Positions 23,069 to 36,323 of a DNA stretch of 64,000 bases are shown here, in pieces. The notes beneath the pieces are model-generated. The model ran no database searches and was not told the origin of the DNA. It was given only the letters and a program-made list of their open reading frames with translations. Location: NCBI GenBank assembly GCA_038087875.1, contig CM075994.1, positions 9,114,001 to 9,178,000 of the forward strand. Direction: 5' to 3'. A program made the position numbers and the translations under genes. Origin of the DNA: Malacoraja senta (lineage: Eukaryota). Within the stretch, counting starts at the first letter, position 1; each line of letters starts with the position of its first letter.

Positions 23069-24993
23069 TTCCAAACCTATTAAATTTATTAACTCAATTT
23101 GGTCAGTTTTCGGGATATAGAATTAATTGGAATAAAAGCGAAATCATGCCAATAACGGAACTCAATTTACATACACTACAACAATTTCCTATTAAAATAG
23201 TTAAGGAAAAATTTAAATATTTAGGAATTTATGTAACTAAGACATATACTGTTTTATTTAAATTAAACTTCCCACCTTTACTGAATAAACTACATTAAAA
23301 TATTCAGTATTGGAAAACACTTCCCATTTCAATGTTTGGTAGAATTAATGCTATAAAATGATTATTTTACCGCAATTACTGTACCTATTTCAATCAATTC
23401 CAACATATACAGTATCCCCAAAGTTTTTTTGTTTAAAGTCGATTCTATTGTTACAAGTTTCATCTGGGATTATAAGAATCATAGAATAAGCAAAAAACAT
23501 TTATGTAAATCAAATATAAATGGAGGTTTGTTGCCAAATTTTTGTTTTATTTTTGGGCAGTCCATATTAAAAACATGAGTTTCTGGCTGGAAGAAATGGA
23601 TGAGCAACCAGGTTGGCTAAGGGTGGAAAAGGAAGACTGTTTGCCTTTTGAAATTGGTGCGATTATGTTTGCTCCCACAAAATTGCATAACAATACCTAT
23701 AGGGAAAACCCTATAATACATGGTGGTATACGAATCTGGAAACAATTAAAAAAGGCTTTAAAATTGGATAATATATCACTTTCCTTTCCCATTATACACA
23801 ATCCTTTATTTAAACCTTCCATATTCGATAAAGGTTTCACACAATGGAAAAATTATGGAATTAAAAAGATAGGACATCTTTATAGGAAACGCACTTTTCT
23901 TTCATTTCAGGAGTAACAACAGATCTACGGACTAAACTCAAATATTTTTTTAGATATTTACAACTTAGAGATTATGTTAAATCTAATACACAAAATTATA
24001 GGACGAGGGAATCAGAAATCCTTGACGAATGTTTGAATAAACATCCTAATACAGAAAAATTAATAACTTATATTTATAACACCCTCTTAGATAATATGGT
24101 CCCATCGATGGAATCATATAGACACACATGGGAAAATGAATTAGGCCAACCTATAACGAAAGATATTTGGGACGAAAGTCTACAATATATACATCAATGC
24201 TCGTTAAATGCCAGACATGCTTTAATACAATTTAAAGTATTACACAGATTACATTATTCTAAAGCAAAACTAAATAGAATTTCCCCACATATCTCGCCTA
24301 TTTGTGATAAATGTCAGCATCTAGAAGCTAACTTACCACATACTTTTGCAAATTGTATAAAAATTAAACATTTCTGGATTGATATTTTTAGAATAATTTC
24401 TGAAGTTGTCAATACTAAATTGGATCCCGACAAAACTAATAATACTTGGAATATCAGAACAAAATCTAACACTCACAACAAGCCAAAGAAACTTCCTAGA
24501 CAACAGTAAAATAAATGGGAATAAATTAATATTTAAATTTTGGAAAGGTCCTATAACCCCCACAATTAAAGTGTGGATTATGGAAATATCGGAGACCCTA
24601 CACCTGGAAAGAATCAGACTAGTCTTAATGAACAAACAATAACTTTTTGTTAGAATATGGTCTCCATTCTTTGATTATTTGAAGGGGTAGATCGGTCCGG
24701 CACGGGAACCTAACTGAAGCTTAAACTTAGGATTAGATGAAAAGTTATACTTTATAACCTACGAACCTATCTCCAATGATGTATTATTAGTAAATTATTC
24801 CACTCTTTTTTTTATCTTGACATTTGTGTTTTTTTTTCTCTTCTCACTTTCTTTCTCACTTTCTATCTATAAAAAAAACTAGAAGCAGAATCATCCACAA
24901 TTGATAATATTAATAATGTATGATTGATATACATGAAATGTTTTTTTATTATAATATGTCTTTGCTTCTAATAAAAATATTATTTAAAAACAT
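23069..24993 (+). mobile_element. L1-clade LINE, 5'-truncated, with 15-bp TSD
   Basis: FGQFSGYRINWNKSE, FKYLGI and C-terminal CDKC..HTFANC; AATAAA and A-rich tail; TSD AATTATTACAACCTT at 23054-23068 and 24994-25008. Confidence 0.9.
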
Positions 24994-27900
24994 AATTATT
25001 ACAACCTTTAATAATCACTGTCACACCATTGTGGCGCCATCTTGTGGCCGAGACACTTTGGTCTCGAAGCTTCGTTTGTCGAGCTCGAACTCTCGCCTGA
25101 ACTGACGACACTCTGGTTGGTCAGATGAAGGGGTGCAGCAGACGACAGAGCTAGACTTCACGTGGCAGCCATCACTTTGGTACTAATATTAAGAATAAGG
25201 GACAAGCCTTTTAGAACGGAGATGAGGAAACACCTTTTTCACACAGAGAGTTGTGATTCTGTGGAATTCTCTGCCTCAGAGGGCGATGGAGGCCGGTTCT
25301 CTGGATACTATCAAGAGAGTGCTAGATAGGGCTCTTAAATATAGCGGAGTCAGGGGATATGCGGTGAAGGCAGGAACGGGGTATTTCGTTCATTGCCCGA
25401 ACGGATAACCTGGATCTGCACTCAGTTTAGTGTAGTGTCACATGTACCGAGGTACAGAGGACTGAAGAAGGGTCTCGACCCAAATCGTCACCAATTCCTT
25501 CTCTCCAGAGATGCTGCCTGTCCCGCTGAGTTAGATACAGTTCCGTAAGATAGCGGAGTTAAGGGATTTGGGGAGAAGGCAGGAACGGGTTACTGATTGT
25601 GGATAATCAGCCATGATCACAGCGAATGGCACTGCTGGCTCATATATGAAGCCATATCCGTTCTAAATGGCTTACATCTTATTCTTAAACTGTGGGCCCT
25701 GGTTCTGGACTTCCACAACATTGGGAACATGTTTCCTGCCTCTAGCGTGTCCAAACATTTAATAATCTTATATGTTTCAATAAGATATCCTCTCATCCTT
25801 CTAAATTCCAGAGTATACAAGCCCAGCCGATCCATTCTCTCAGCGTATGACAGTCCCACAATCCCGCGAATTAACCTTGTGAACCTACGCTGCACTCCCT
25901 CAATAGCAAGAATGCCCTTCCTCAAATTCGGAGACCATAACTGCACACAATACTCCAGGTGTGGTCTCAGTAGGACCCTGTACAACTGCAGAAGGACCTC
26001 TTTGCTCCTTTACTCATCTCCTCTTGTTATGAAGGCCAACATGCCATTCGCTTTCTTCACTGCCTGCTGTACCTGCATGCTTACTTTCATTGATGAACAA
26101 GGACCCCCAGATCCCGTTGTACTTCCACTTTTCCCAACTTGACACCATTTAGATAGTAATCTGCCATCCTGTTTTTGCTACCAAAGTGGATAACCTCACA
26201 TTTATTCACATGTTACTGCATTGGCCTTGCATCTACCCACTCCCCCAACCTGTCCAAGTCACCTTGCATTCTCATAGCAGCCTCCTCACAGTTCACACTG
26301 CCGCCCAGATTTGTGTCATCTGCAAATTTGCTAATGTCACTTGTAATCCCATTCATCTAAATCATTAATATATATTGTAAATAGCTGGGGTCCCAGCACC
26401 GAACCTTGCGATTCCCCACTAGTCACTGCCTGGCATTCTGAAAGGGACTTGTTAACCCTACTCTTTGTTTCCTGTCTCCCAACCAATTTTCTATCCATGT
26501 CAGCACTCTTTCCCCAATAACATGTGCCCTACTTTTGCCCACTAATCTCGTACCTGGGTCCTTGTCAAATGCTTTCTGAAAGTCCAGGTACACTACATCC
26601 ACTGGATCTCCCGTGTCCATTTTCCTAGTTACAATGCTCAAAAAATTCCAGAAGATTAGTCAAGCATAATTCCCCTTCGTAAATCCATGTGGACTCGGCC
26701 CGATCCTGTTACCGCTATCCAAATGTGTGGCTATTTCGTTAGCCACCCTCCAATCCACAGGAACTGATCCTGAATCTATAGAACAATGGAAAATTATCAC
26801 CAATGCATCCACGATTTTTAGAGCCACTTCGTTAAGTACCCTGGGCTGCCCTGGGGATTTATCAGTCTTCAGTCCCATCAGTCTGCCCAACACCATTTCC
26901 TAATGTGGATTTCCTTCAGTTCCTCTGTCACCCCAGATCCTCTGGCCACTACTATATCAGGAAGATTGTTTGTGTCCTACTTAGTGAAGACGGATCCAAA
27001 GTACCTGTTCAACTCATCTGCCATTTTCTTGTTCCCCATAATAAATTCATCCTTTTCATTCATCAATGGTCCAACTTTGGTCTAAAGTAATGTTTTCCTC
27101 TTCACATACCTAAAGAAGCTTTTACTATCCTCCTTTATATTCTTGGCTAGCTTACCTTCGTACCTCATCTTTTCTCCCCGTATTGCCTTTTTAGTTATAT
27201 TCTGTTGCTCTTTAAATGTTACTCAATCCCCTGGCTTCCCGCTCATCTTTGCTACGTTGTACCTCTCTTTTATTTTTATAGTTCCTAGTTCACTTGGGAC
27301 AAAATTACTAGCCATTTAGCCTTAAACCATGACACTGGAGCACACAAGTAACCCCAAGAAGTTCATTGGGAGATGAGCAAACTCTATTCAGACAGCGCCC
27401 AGGGTCTGGATCAAACGTGGAGAATTGGATCACGTATCCCTAGTAACAGGGCCGATCATCATATCAACACAGGGGTACAGTGGACTTCAAGCAAGAGGAA
27501 GGAAGCTAAAGATATTCTGATCTTTACTGATGAAATTTAAAAAAAATCATCAAGATTGCTCGCAGACAGTTTCACTTCCTCAAAAGCAGGCGACTGAACT
27601 TCCTAAATGTTGTAATTACATTCTAAGAAAATGTGTGTGTGCTTAGTAACGACGTGTGGAAATTTATTTTGAGAATACCGCATCTGCAGCCTGGTTAACG
27701 CCAAGTTGTTTGCTTCCTCTGGATTTACCGCCCTTCTGCATTCACAGGGTTCACAAATGTGTCCACCTGCTTGATATCTCGCGGATTTGGGGGGTTTAAA
27801 GTGCACACTCTCCACTCTCCACTCTCCATCTAGAACACACGAATTACGGGGGGGGGGGGGATTCAACATGGCGGATACGCAGGCAGTTGGGACTGGTGTA

Positions 27901-28064
27901 GATGGGACATGTTGGTCGGTGTGGGCAAGTTGGGCCGAAGGGCCTTATCCCATTCCATATGCGTCCATGACTGTAAAAAGCAAAAAGGGGTAACCACGGC
28001 AAAGACCAAAAAAGCGGGATGAACTCAGCGGGACAGGCAGCATCTCTGGAGAGAAGGAATGGAT

Positions 28065-28092
28065 GACGTTTCGGGTCGAGACCCTTCTTCAG
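28065..28092 (-). ncRNA. Minimal type-I hammerhead ribozyme core in a Penelope-type terminal repeat
   Basis: CUGAAGA-A-GGGU(CUCG)ACCC-GAAAC-GUC; intact catalytic consensus, helix I only about 2 bp. Other intact cores: 44817-44844 (-), 59285-59312 (+), 60065-60092 (-). Confidence 0.6.
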
Positions 28093-28647
28093 ACTGAAGG
28101 TCTGGGAAAGGGATCCGTGAGACGTGCAAAAAAGTTACAATGATAAACGGAAATAGGCAATAGACAATAGACAACAGGTACAGGAGTAGGCCATTTGGCC
28201 CCTCGAACCAGCACCGCCATTCACTGTGATCATGGCTGATCATCCCCAATCAGTACCCCGTTCCCGCCTTCTCCCCATACCCCGTAACTCCGCTATCTTT
28301 AAGAGTTTTTTTCCTCCGCACACATTCTTTAATCCCCGCGCTTTCCGATGCACAAACAAGATAATGTAAACACAGATAACGTGCAACAGTCTCTTCCCCT
28401 CCCTCCCTCTCTCTATCCCCCTTGCCCCCTTCCCCCCCTCTCTCCCCGTCTCTCTCACCACCTGTCTCCCCCTCTCCTCCCCCTCCCTTCACTCTCCCCT
28501 CTTTCTCCCCCTCCCTCCTCTTCTCTGACCACCTCTCCCAACCCCCCCCCCCTTCCTCCTCTCCCCACTCCCCCACCCACCTTCCATCCATGACCGCCCT
28601 CCAGGGTAACTCAGTCTCCAACATTCAGTCTTCTACCGTATTAGACT

Positions 28648-28945
28648 GGCAGCACGGTGGCGCAGCGGCAGAGTTGCTGCTTTACAGCGCTTACAGCGCC
28701 AGAGTCCCGGGTTCGATCCCGACCACGGGTGCTGTCTGTATGGAGTTTACACGTTCTCCTCGTGAACTGAGTGTGTTTTCTCCGAGATATTCGGTTTCCT
28801 CCCACACTCCCAAAGTGTGCAGGTTTGTATTTTAATTGACTCGGCACAGGTGTAAATTGTAGGATATTGTTAATGTGTAGTGTTAATGTGCGGCGATATC
28901 TGGTCGGTGCGTATTCAGTTAACCGAAGGGTATGTTTTCGCACTG
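28648..28945 (+). mobile_element. HE1-like V-SINE, near full length
   Basis: A box TGGCGCAGCGG, B box GGTTCGATCCC, V-domain core, (CTAAA)n tail. Confidence 0.85.
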
Positions 28946-31900
28946 AATTTCTAAACTAAACTAAACTGGTTAGACCCACCAACATCCCACTGCATAAACA
29001 CACAATATTCCCAACGCCCTACCGAGGGCAACTCGATAATCCGGTACTTACCGCCTCGCATTTGTCGCGCAATGGCAGCGTTGGATCTAAAGCAGCCCTT
29101 GAACTTCTTACAGGGAGCGAAGCACGGAGCTACAAAAATGAGAAGTCTCGTCAACATCCAGTCTTATCTGCATCCGGCAGAATTCTAGCTTCCGTAAACC
29201 ATGTTGGGGACGCGGGAAAATTATGTGTGGTTGCCGTGACTTGGGTTTCTCCGGCTAAACCTCACCAGGAAGGCTGGTTCCGTCCTGGGGGCGGAGTTGG
29301 CTTCATGGGAGGTGGCCTTGGAGGACAGGCAACAGAATGGTTCCACCAAGATGCAGCACAGAACGCCACAGGAGATCCTTCTTCCCTGTGGCTATCAAAC
29401 TGTACAACTCCTGCCCCTTCTGTCGTGGGGTAGACTGAGACTGAGACTGAACAAAACCAACCTAAACTGAACTAAACCAAACTAAACTAAACTAAACTTA
29501 AACTTAAAAGATTTAACAGGAACCTGAGGGGTAACTTTTTCAAACACAGGGTGGTGGGTGTATGGAACAAGCTGCCAGATGAGGCAGTTGAGACAGGGAC
29601 TATCGCAACGTTTACGATGCAATTAGACAGGTACATGGAGAGGACAGGTGTGGAGTGATATGGGGCAAACGCAGGCAGGTGGGACTAGTGTAGATGGTAG
29701 ACACAAAATGCTGGAGTAACTCAGCGGGACAGGCAGCATCTCTGGCGAGAAGGAATGGGTGACGTTTCGGGTCGAGACCCTTCTTCCGAGTGATGTCAGG
29801 GGAGGGTGAGGGACAAAGAGAGAATGTAGGAGTGAGAGAGGATGTTGCTGAATTCTCGTCGGAGAGAGGAGGAAAACTTCTGCAAAGTAGACACACACTT
29901 GAGGCGGTTTACGCAGTGGAGTGGACAAAATGTGCAAGAAAGAACTGCAGAAGCTGGTTTAAATCGAAGGTAGACACAAAATGCTGGAGTCACTCAACGG
30001 GACAGGCAGCATATCGTGAGAGAAGTAATGGGCGACGTTTCAGGTCGAGACCCTTCTTCAGACTGATGTCAGGGGAGGGGGCGGGACAAAGATAGAATGT
30101 AGTGTATGGGATATATTGGTCGGTACGGACAAGTTGGGCCGAAAGGCCTGTTTCACACTGTATCTGACTCTAAACCGTTTTCGGTTTCTCTAACTAAAAT
30201 AGCAAAGCACTGGAACACTCTGGATCTGAACAGATGATGGGAATCGCTGCTTCATCTGGGACACGTGTCAATCCCAGGATAAGAAACTGTCTCCTTTGAT
30301 GAGTACAGTACCAATGACGGCCTTTTGCAGAAATGGGGGCAGTTGATAAAATGTAGTAACCTGTTTTAGTGGGTCTTTAGACATTAGTGACTTCAGAGAT
30401 ACTACGCGGACACAGTCCCTTCGGCCCACAGAGTCCGCGCCGCCCAACGATCACCCCATCCATTAGTTCTATCCTACAATTAGATACAAAATGCTGGAGA
30501 AACTCAGCGGGCGAGGAGGCATCTCTGGCGAGAAGGAATGGGCGATGTCTCGACCCGAAACGTCGCCCATTCCTTCTCGCCAGAGACGCTGCCTCACCCC
30601 CTGAGTTACTCCAGCATTTTGTGTCTACCTTCGACTTTACCGGCATTTGCAGTTCTTTCTTAATCATTTCTATCCTACACACTGGGGGCAGTTTTCAATT
30701 TACACCGAAGCCAATTAACTCAGGGATAACGTACACACTCCGTACAGACAGCACCCGTAGTCAGGATGGAACCCAGGTCACCTGGCGTTGTAAGGCAGCA
30801 ACTCTACCGTTGCGCCACTGTGCCGCCATGAACGACTACTTTTCTATTAACCTTAACCTACCTGACCTTCCGGTGGCTCAGCACTTCAACTCCCCCTCCT
30901 ATTCCCAATCTGACCTTTCTGTCCATGGCCTCCTCCATTGTCAGAGTGGGGCCCAGTGCAAATTGGAGGAACAGCACCTCATATTTCACTTGGGTAATTT
31001 ACACCCCAGTCGTATGAGCATTGACTTCTCTAACTTCAGATAGCCCTTGGTTTCCCTCTCCATCCCCTCCCCTTCCTAGTCCTCCCACTAGTCTTACTGT
31101 CTCCGCCTACATTCTATCTTTGTCCCGCCCCCTCCCCTGACATCAGTCTGAAGAAGGGTCTCGACCAGAAACGTCGCCCATTCCTTCTCTCCAGAGATCC
31201 TGCCTGTCCCGCTGAGTTACTCCAACATTTTGTCTCTACTTATCTACTAACTTATATGTTGGACTTGGAATGTGTTGCAAAGCAACTTTCAGTTCAGTTC
31301 TGGGCCGGTTTCTTCCCATCTGTTATTAGGCAACTGAACCATCTTACCAGAACCATAGATCAGCGCTGAACTACTATCTACCTCATTGGTGACCCGCGGA
31401 CTATCATTGAGCGGACTTTACTGGATCTTACTTTGCACTAAACGTTATTCCCTTATCATGTATGTAAACACTGTAAATGGCTCGATTGTAATCATGATTT
31501 GTTTTTCTGCTGAATGGTTAGCACGCAACAAATGCTTTTCACTCTACCTCGGTACACGTGTCAATAAACTAAACTGATAACTGAAATCCTGCTGTTTGAT
31601 CCGGGGTCTTGCTTTTCTTGGAACGGTGTTTGGTTAGGAACGTGAGTGCAATGCATTGAAATTGCAAAACCTTTGTACCGATGTCAGTAGCAAAATCCAC
31701 GAAATGTTTCACAATGCAGGAAATCACCACAAGTTAATAATTCTGCTATTTCAGTGTTTCGACAACGCGATTGAGACATGACTCGACTGATGCTTGAGAA
31801 CCACTTGAAACCTATTATGCAAATTATGAAGAAAAACGGCCTTGTGGAAAAAAATTCGGGGATAACGATAAACTGCTTCCATGTAACCTCCCTGCAGTGA

Positions 31901-32032
31901 TCAGTGATAATTGTTTCTTAAGAACTCAGGCTGTCGATTTCGCTGCAAGTGGCCATTGAAATTTACAAGCAATCTCCTGTGCAATAATACTCGATTTAAC
32001 AATGTAACATTGGTATTTTAGCTTCCAGTAAT

Positions 32033-32036
<4 letters not shown>

Positions 32037-32114
<78 letters not shown>
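32037..32114. repeat. (AT)n microsatellite, much shorter in the paralogue near 21370
   Basis: Direct reading. Confidence 0.95.
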
Positions 32115-32117
<3 letters not shown>

Positions 32118-32628
32118 AGCTATTACAAAATCATTATTTTGTAAAAAATCTCTGGGGGTTAAGCGTTAAGTTCAGAAGCACTCGAGCCCAAACCCTCGTT
32201 TCCAATTGACATAATGGCGAGGTTGCTTCAAGAAGCAGATGTCGAGTTACAACAGAACCACCTGTATATATTGTAGAAACAAGGAACTGCAAATGTAGGT
32301 TTACAAAAAAAACACAAAGTCTGAATACGTGTTCTCACTCGAAACGTTACCTATACAGAGATTCAGCAATCTTTAGTTTAGTTCAGTTGACTTGAGTTTA
32401 GATCAGTTGTGTTTAGTTGGACCAAAAAGGAAGATAGATTCTAAGGGGAGTAGGAAGCAACCGTGGCTGACAGGATAAGTTAGGGATAGAATAAAACTAA
32501 AAGGAAAGATGTATAACACAGCAAAGAGTAGCCGGAAGCCAGAGGATTGGGAAACTTTCATAGGACAACAGAAGGAAACAAAACGGGCAATACGGGCTGA
32601 AAAAATGAAGTACGATGGAAAGCTGGCC

Positions 32629-35600
32629 TAGGGGGTCAGACAGGCGATTCTGTGGACGCAGTCGGGAGACCCGGATGGTAGTTTGCCTCCCTGGTGCCAG
32701 GGTCTGTGATGTGTCTCAACGTGTCCAAGACATCCTGAAAGGGCAGGGAGAGTTGCCCGAAGTCGTGATACATATAGGTACCAATGACATAGGTAAAAAA
32801 AGAGAAGAGGTCCTGAAAGGAGAATTTAGGGAGTTAGGAGGGGAGTTAAAGAGAAGGACAGCAAAGGTAACAATCTCGGGATTACTGCCTGTGCCACGCG
32901 ACAGTGAGAGTAGGAATGGAACGAGGTGGAGGATAAATGCGTGGCTGAAGGACTGGTGCAGAAGGCAGGGATTCAAATTTCTGGATCATTGGGACCTCTT
33001 TTGTGGAAGGTACGACATGTACAAAAAGGATGGGTTGCACTTGAACCTGAGGGGGACCGATATCCTGGCGGGGAGATCTGCAAAGGCTACTGGGGAGACT
33101 TTAAACTAGAATGGTTGGGGGGAGGGACTCAAATAGAGAATGCTATTAGACAGTGTGTGAGGCAGGAGGCAGAGAAGGAAAGCACACAGACCCAACATGT
33201 AGGGGGGAAAGAAGAAAACAATAATAAACAGAGAATAAGAGGTGGTGGGGTTCTTAAATGGGTGAGCAGAGAAACAGAGTGGTGCAAAATGCGGGCGGAA
33301 GCAATAGGTAGCAAGGTGAAAAGTAAAAGTGGCAGGCAGACAAATCCAGGGCAAAAATCAAAAAGAGCCACTTTCCAACATAATTGTATAAGGGGTAAGA
33401 GCGTTGTAAAAACAAGCCTGAAGGCTTTGTGTCTCAATGCAAGGAGCATTCGTAATAAGGTCGATGAGTTGAACGTGCAGATAGCAATTAATGATTATGA
33501 TATAGTTGGGATCACGGAGACATGGCTCCAGGGTGACCAAGGCTGGGAGCTGAACGTCCAGGGATATTCAATATTCAGGAGGGATAGAGAGAAAGGAAAA
33601 GGAGGTGGGGTAGCGTTGCTGGTTAGAGAGGAGATTAACGCAGTGGAAAGGAAGGACATTAGCTTGGAGGATGTGGAATCGGTATGGGTAGAGCTACGAA
33701 ATACTAAGGGGCAGAAAACGCTGGTGGGTGTTGTGTACAGGCCACCTAGCAGTAGTAGTGAAGTTGGGGATGGCATCAAACAGGAAATTAGAAATGCGTG
33801 CAACAAAGGCAAAACAGTTATAATGGGTGACTTCAATCTACATATAGATTGGGTGAATCAAATTGGCAGGGGTGCTGAGGAAGAGGATTTCTTGGAATGT
33901 ATGAGGGATAGTTATCTAAACCAACATGTAGAGGAACCAACGAGAGAGCAGGCTATTCTAGACTGGGTATTGAGTAATGAGGAAGGGTTAGTTAGCAGAC
34001 TTGTTGTGCGTGCCCCCTTGGGCAAGAGTGACCATAATATGGTTGAGTTCTTCATTAGGATGGAGAGTGACATTGTTAATTCAGAAACAACGGTTCTGAA
34101 CTTAAAGAAATGTAACTTTGAGGATATGAGACGTGAATTGGCCAAGATTGACTGGCAATTAGTTCTAAAAGGGTTGACGGTGGATATGCAATGGAAGGCA
34201 TTTAAAGACTGCATGGATGAACTACAAAAAATGTTCATCCCAGTTTGGCAAAATAATGAATCAGGGAAGGTAGTGCATCCGTGGATAACAAGGGAAATCA
34301 GGGATAGTATCAAAGCAAAAGATGTTGCGTACAAATTAGCCAGAAAAAGCAGCATACCAGAGGACTGGGAGAAATTCAGAGACCAGCAGAGGAGGACAGA
34401 GGGCTTAATTAGGAAAGGGAAAATAGATTATGAAAGGAAACTGGCAGGGAACATAAAAACTGACTGCAAAAGTTTTTATAGATATGTGAAGAGAAAGAGA
34501 TTAGTTAAAACAAATGTAGGTCCCTTGCAGTCAGAAACAGGTGAATTGATCATGGGGAACGAGGATATGGCGGACCAATTGAATAACTACTTTGGCTCCG
34601 TCTTCACTTAGGAAGACATAAATAATCTGCCGGAAATAGCAGGGGGCCGCGGGTCAAAGGAGATGGAGGAACTGAGTGAAATCCAGGTTAGTCGGGAAGT
34701 GGTGTTGGGTAAATTGAATGGATTAAAGGCCGATAAATCACTAGGGCCAGATAGGCTGCATCCCAGAGTACTTAAGGAAGTTGCTCCAGAAATAGTGGAT
34801 GCATTAGCGATAATTTTTCAAAACTCTTTGGATTCTGGAGTAGTTCCTGAGGATTGGAGGGTAGCAAACGTAACCCCACTTTTTAAGAAGGGAGGGAGAG
34901 AGAAAACGGGGAATTACAGACCAGTTAGTCTAACATCGGTAGTGGGGAAACTGCTAGAGTCAGTTATTAAAGATGGGATAGCAGCACATTTGGAAAGTGG
35001 TGAAATCATTGGACAAAGTCAGCATGGATTTACGAAAGGTAAATCGTGTCTGACGAACCTTATAGAATTTTTCGAGGATGTAACTAGTAGAGTGGATAGG
35101 GGAGAACCAGTGGATGTGTTGTATCTGGACTTTCAGAAGGCTTTCGACAAGGTACCACATAAGAGATTAGGATACAAACTTAAATCACACGGTATTGGGG
35201 GTTCAGTATTGATGTGGATAGAGAACTGGCTGGCAAACAGGAAGCAAAGAGTAGGAGTAAACAGGTCCTTTTCACAATGGCAGGCAGTGACTAGTGGGGT
35301 ACCGCAAGGCTCAGTGCTGGGACCCCAGCTATTTACAATTTATATTAATGATCTGAACGAGGGAATTGAAAGCAACATCTCCAAGTTTGCGGATGACACA
35401 AAGCTGGGGGGCAGTGTTAGCTGTGAGGAGGATGCTAGGAGACTGCAAGTTGACTTGGATAGGCTGGGTGAGTGGGCAAATGTTTGGCAGATGCAGTATA
35501 ATGTGGATAAATGTGAGGTTGTCCACTTTGGTGGCAAAAACGGGAAGGCAGACTATTATCTAAATGGTGGCCGATTAGGAAATGGGGAGGTGCAGCGAGA

Positions 35601-36323
35601 CCTGGGTGTCATGGTACACCAGTCATTGAAAGTAGGCATGCAGGTGCAGCAGGCAGTGAAGAAAGCGAATGGTATGTTGGCCTTCATAGCAAGAGGATTT
35701 GAGTATAGGAGCAGGGAGGTTCTACTGCAGTTGTACAGGGTCTTGGTGAGACCACACCTGGAGTATTGCGTACAGTTTTGGTCTCCAAATCTGAGGAAGG
35801 ACATTATAGCCATAGAGGGAGTGCAGAGAAGGTTCACCAGACTGATTCCTGGGATGTCAGGACTTTCATATGAAGAAAGACTGGATAGACTTGGCTTATA
35901 CTCGCTAGAATTTAGGAGATTGAGAGGGGATCTTATAGAAACGTACAAAATTCTTATGGGGTTGGACAGGCTAGATGCAGGAAGATTGTTCCCGATGTTG
36001 GGGAAGTCCAGGACAAGGGGTCACAGCTTAAGGATAAGGGGGAAATCCTTTAAGACCGAGATGAGGAAAAACTTTTTCACACAGAGAGTGGTGAATCTCT
36101 GGAACTCTCTGCCACAGAGGGTAGTTGACGCCAGTTCATTGGCTATATTTAAGAGGGAGTTAGATGTGGCCCTTGTGGCTAAAGGGATCAGGGGGTATGG
36201 AGAGAAGGCAGGTACGGGATACTGAGTTGGATGATCAGCCATGATCATATTGAATGGCGGTGCAGGCTCGAAGGGCCGAATGGCCTACTCCTGCACCTAT
36301 TTTCTATGTATCTATGTATCTAT
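32629..36323 (+). mobile_element. Near-complete CR1 LINE: partial ORF1 (SGNH esterase-like) plus ORF2 EN-RT with one nonsense codon
   Basis: ORF1 HIGTND..WCRRQGFKFLDHW..DGLHLN; EN LCLNARS, ITETWL, MGDFN, SDHN; TAG at 34609-34611; 520-aa open RT at 34663-36225; nested in an older CR1. Confidence 0.95.

Larger units (their letters stand above)
21661..32440. repeat. Duplication unit 2: flanks retained, receptor exons absent
   Basis: 21.7-25.4 kb matches 41.1-44.7 kb, then switches to sequence matching 16.0-21.66 kb; no leader, V or TM exon visible. Confidence 0.8.

Noticed and set aside
28648-28730. tRNA-like A and B boxes
   Set aside because: They are SINE heads followed by V-domain and tail; no complete cloverleaf, so not called tRNA genes.
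32926-36225. Longest ORFs in the window (561 and 520 aa)
   Set aside because: CR1 ORF2 endonuclease and reverse transcriptase, not host genes.
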